Below are positions 43,619-44,101 of a stretch of 44,101 bases of DNA, one piece after another; the first letter of the stretch is position 1, and each line of letters opens with the position of its first letter. The stretch comes from Kagunavirus BCH953P1. Where the stretch lies: sequence record OZ035805.1; one strand, given 5' to 3'. The notes under the pieces were generated by a model. That model was not told the origin of the DNA and ran no database searches. It saw nothing but the letters and a program-made list of their open reading frames with translations. The translations under genes and the position numbers were made by a program.

Positions 43619-44101
43619 ATGAAGCTGAAACTCAAGCAGCCATCGCCAGAGGTGGTGCAAGCTGCACATGAAGAAGCTGTTAGCGCGAACCGTCGCCGTA
43701 AACGACCGCGCGGTAAACAGAGCCTTTATCAATCGTCCCGTAATTCCGCCGCGTTGTGGGACCCGGATTATTGCGACGCGTTAATCGAGTTCTTCGACCG
43801 CACGTCATGGGAACTTGTGCCCACGTCTAAGGGTAACGAACGCCCGCTGATTCAGGATAAACCGCCGTCGCTAGCCCGCTTCGCCTTACATATTGGCGTC
43901 ACTATCCCGATTATTAAGCTGTGGCTGCGCGAGATTCCCGCATTTGCAGAAGCCTGGGAGACAGCACAGGCACTGGAAGAGGCATACTTCACTGAGACAG
44001 GGGCCGCTGGCATCTCTGCTACGTTTGCCGCTGCGAAGCTGGGCCTGAATAAGAAAGAAGAATCGACTGGCGAGGGTTCTGAACCTATCGAGATTCGTTT
44101 C
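43619..44101 (+). CDS. terminase small subunit (putative), truncated at window end
   Basis: ORF open from ATG 43619 to the last base (161 codons, no stop); AAGGGG SD; in frame with ORF remnant 1..30 that ends TAATG at the TerL start; position upstream of TerL. Confidence 0.6.
   Translation, partial: MKLKLKQPSPEVVQAAHEEAVSANRRRKRPRGKQSLYQSSRNSAALWDPDYCDALIEFFDRTSWELVPTSKGNERPLIQDKPPSLARFALHIGVTIPIIKLWLREIPAFAEAWETAQALEEAYFTETGAAGISATFAAAKLGLNKKEESTGEGSEPIEIRF

Noticed and set aside
43235-43732. 165-aa minus-strand ORF
   Set aside because: Spans a plus-strand terminator, a small plus-strand ORF with SD, and the start of the TerS-like gene; no supporting signals
1-44101. Search for tRNA genes, CRISPR arrays, integrase or attachment sites
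   Set aside because: No tRNA-like T-arm/acceptor pattern, no direct-repeat arrays and no integrase-like ORF were seen by eye; the AlpA-like HTH alone does not make a lysogeny module

Overview
The window reads as an essentially complete tailed-phage (siphovirus-type) genome of about 44.1 kb, probably circularly closed or permuted. A terminase-small-subunit-like ORF starts at 43619, runs off the window end in frame, and is in frame with the ORF remnant at 1..30 that stops in a TAATG overlap with the large terminase. Layout: (i) a plus-strand structural block 30..23144 (TerL, portal, F-like head morphogenesis protein, an Rz/Rz1-type spanin pair, scaffold, major capsid, Ig-like protein, connector and tail-completion proteins, major tail protein, frameshifted tail chaperones, tape measure, minor tail proteins, NlpC/P60 gpK-like protein, J-like tip protein, beta-helix tailspike); (ii) two antisense insertions inside that block, each driven by a copy of the same 32-bp promoter repeat: a 73-aa gene, and a four-gene operon (membrane protein, HTH-metallophosphoesterase, HAD nucleotidase, dNMP-kinase-like); (iii) a minus-strand early/replication block 23216..36037 (SNF2-type helicase, short C5-methyltransferase-like protein, VRR-NUC, family A DNA polymerase, DUF2815-like, DUF2800-like nuclease, HNH/AP2 endonuclease, very acidic early protein, primase-polymerase/helicase, AlpA-like HTH) expressed from consensus TTGACA-17/18-TATAGT promoters that each carry an AATAG-N4-CTATT palindrome; (iv) a plus-strand block 36532..43491 of small genes containing several paralog families, an HslV/proteasome-like Ntn-hydrolase candidate, and a holin/membrane-protein/lysozyme cassette. 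No integrase, CI-type repressor module, tRNA, rRNA or CRISPR array was recognised. All functional calls rest on motif recognition and gene order read by eye; no database search was run.
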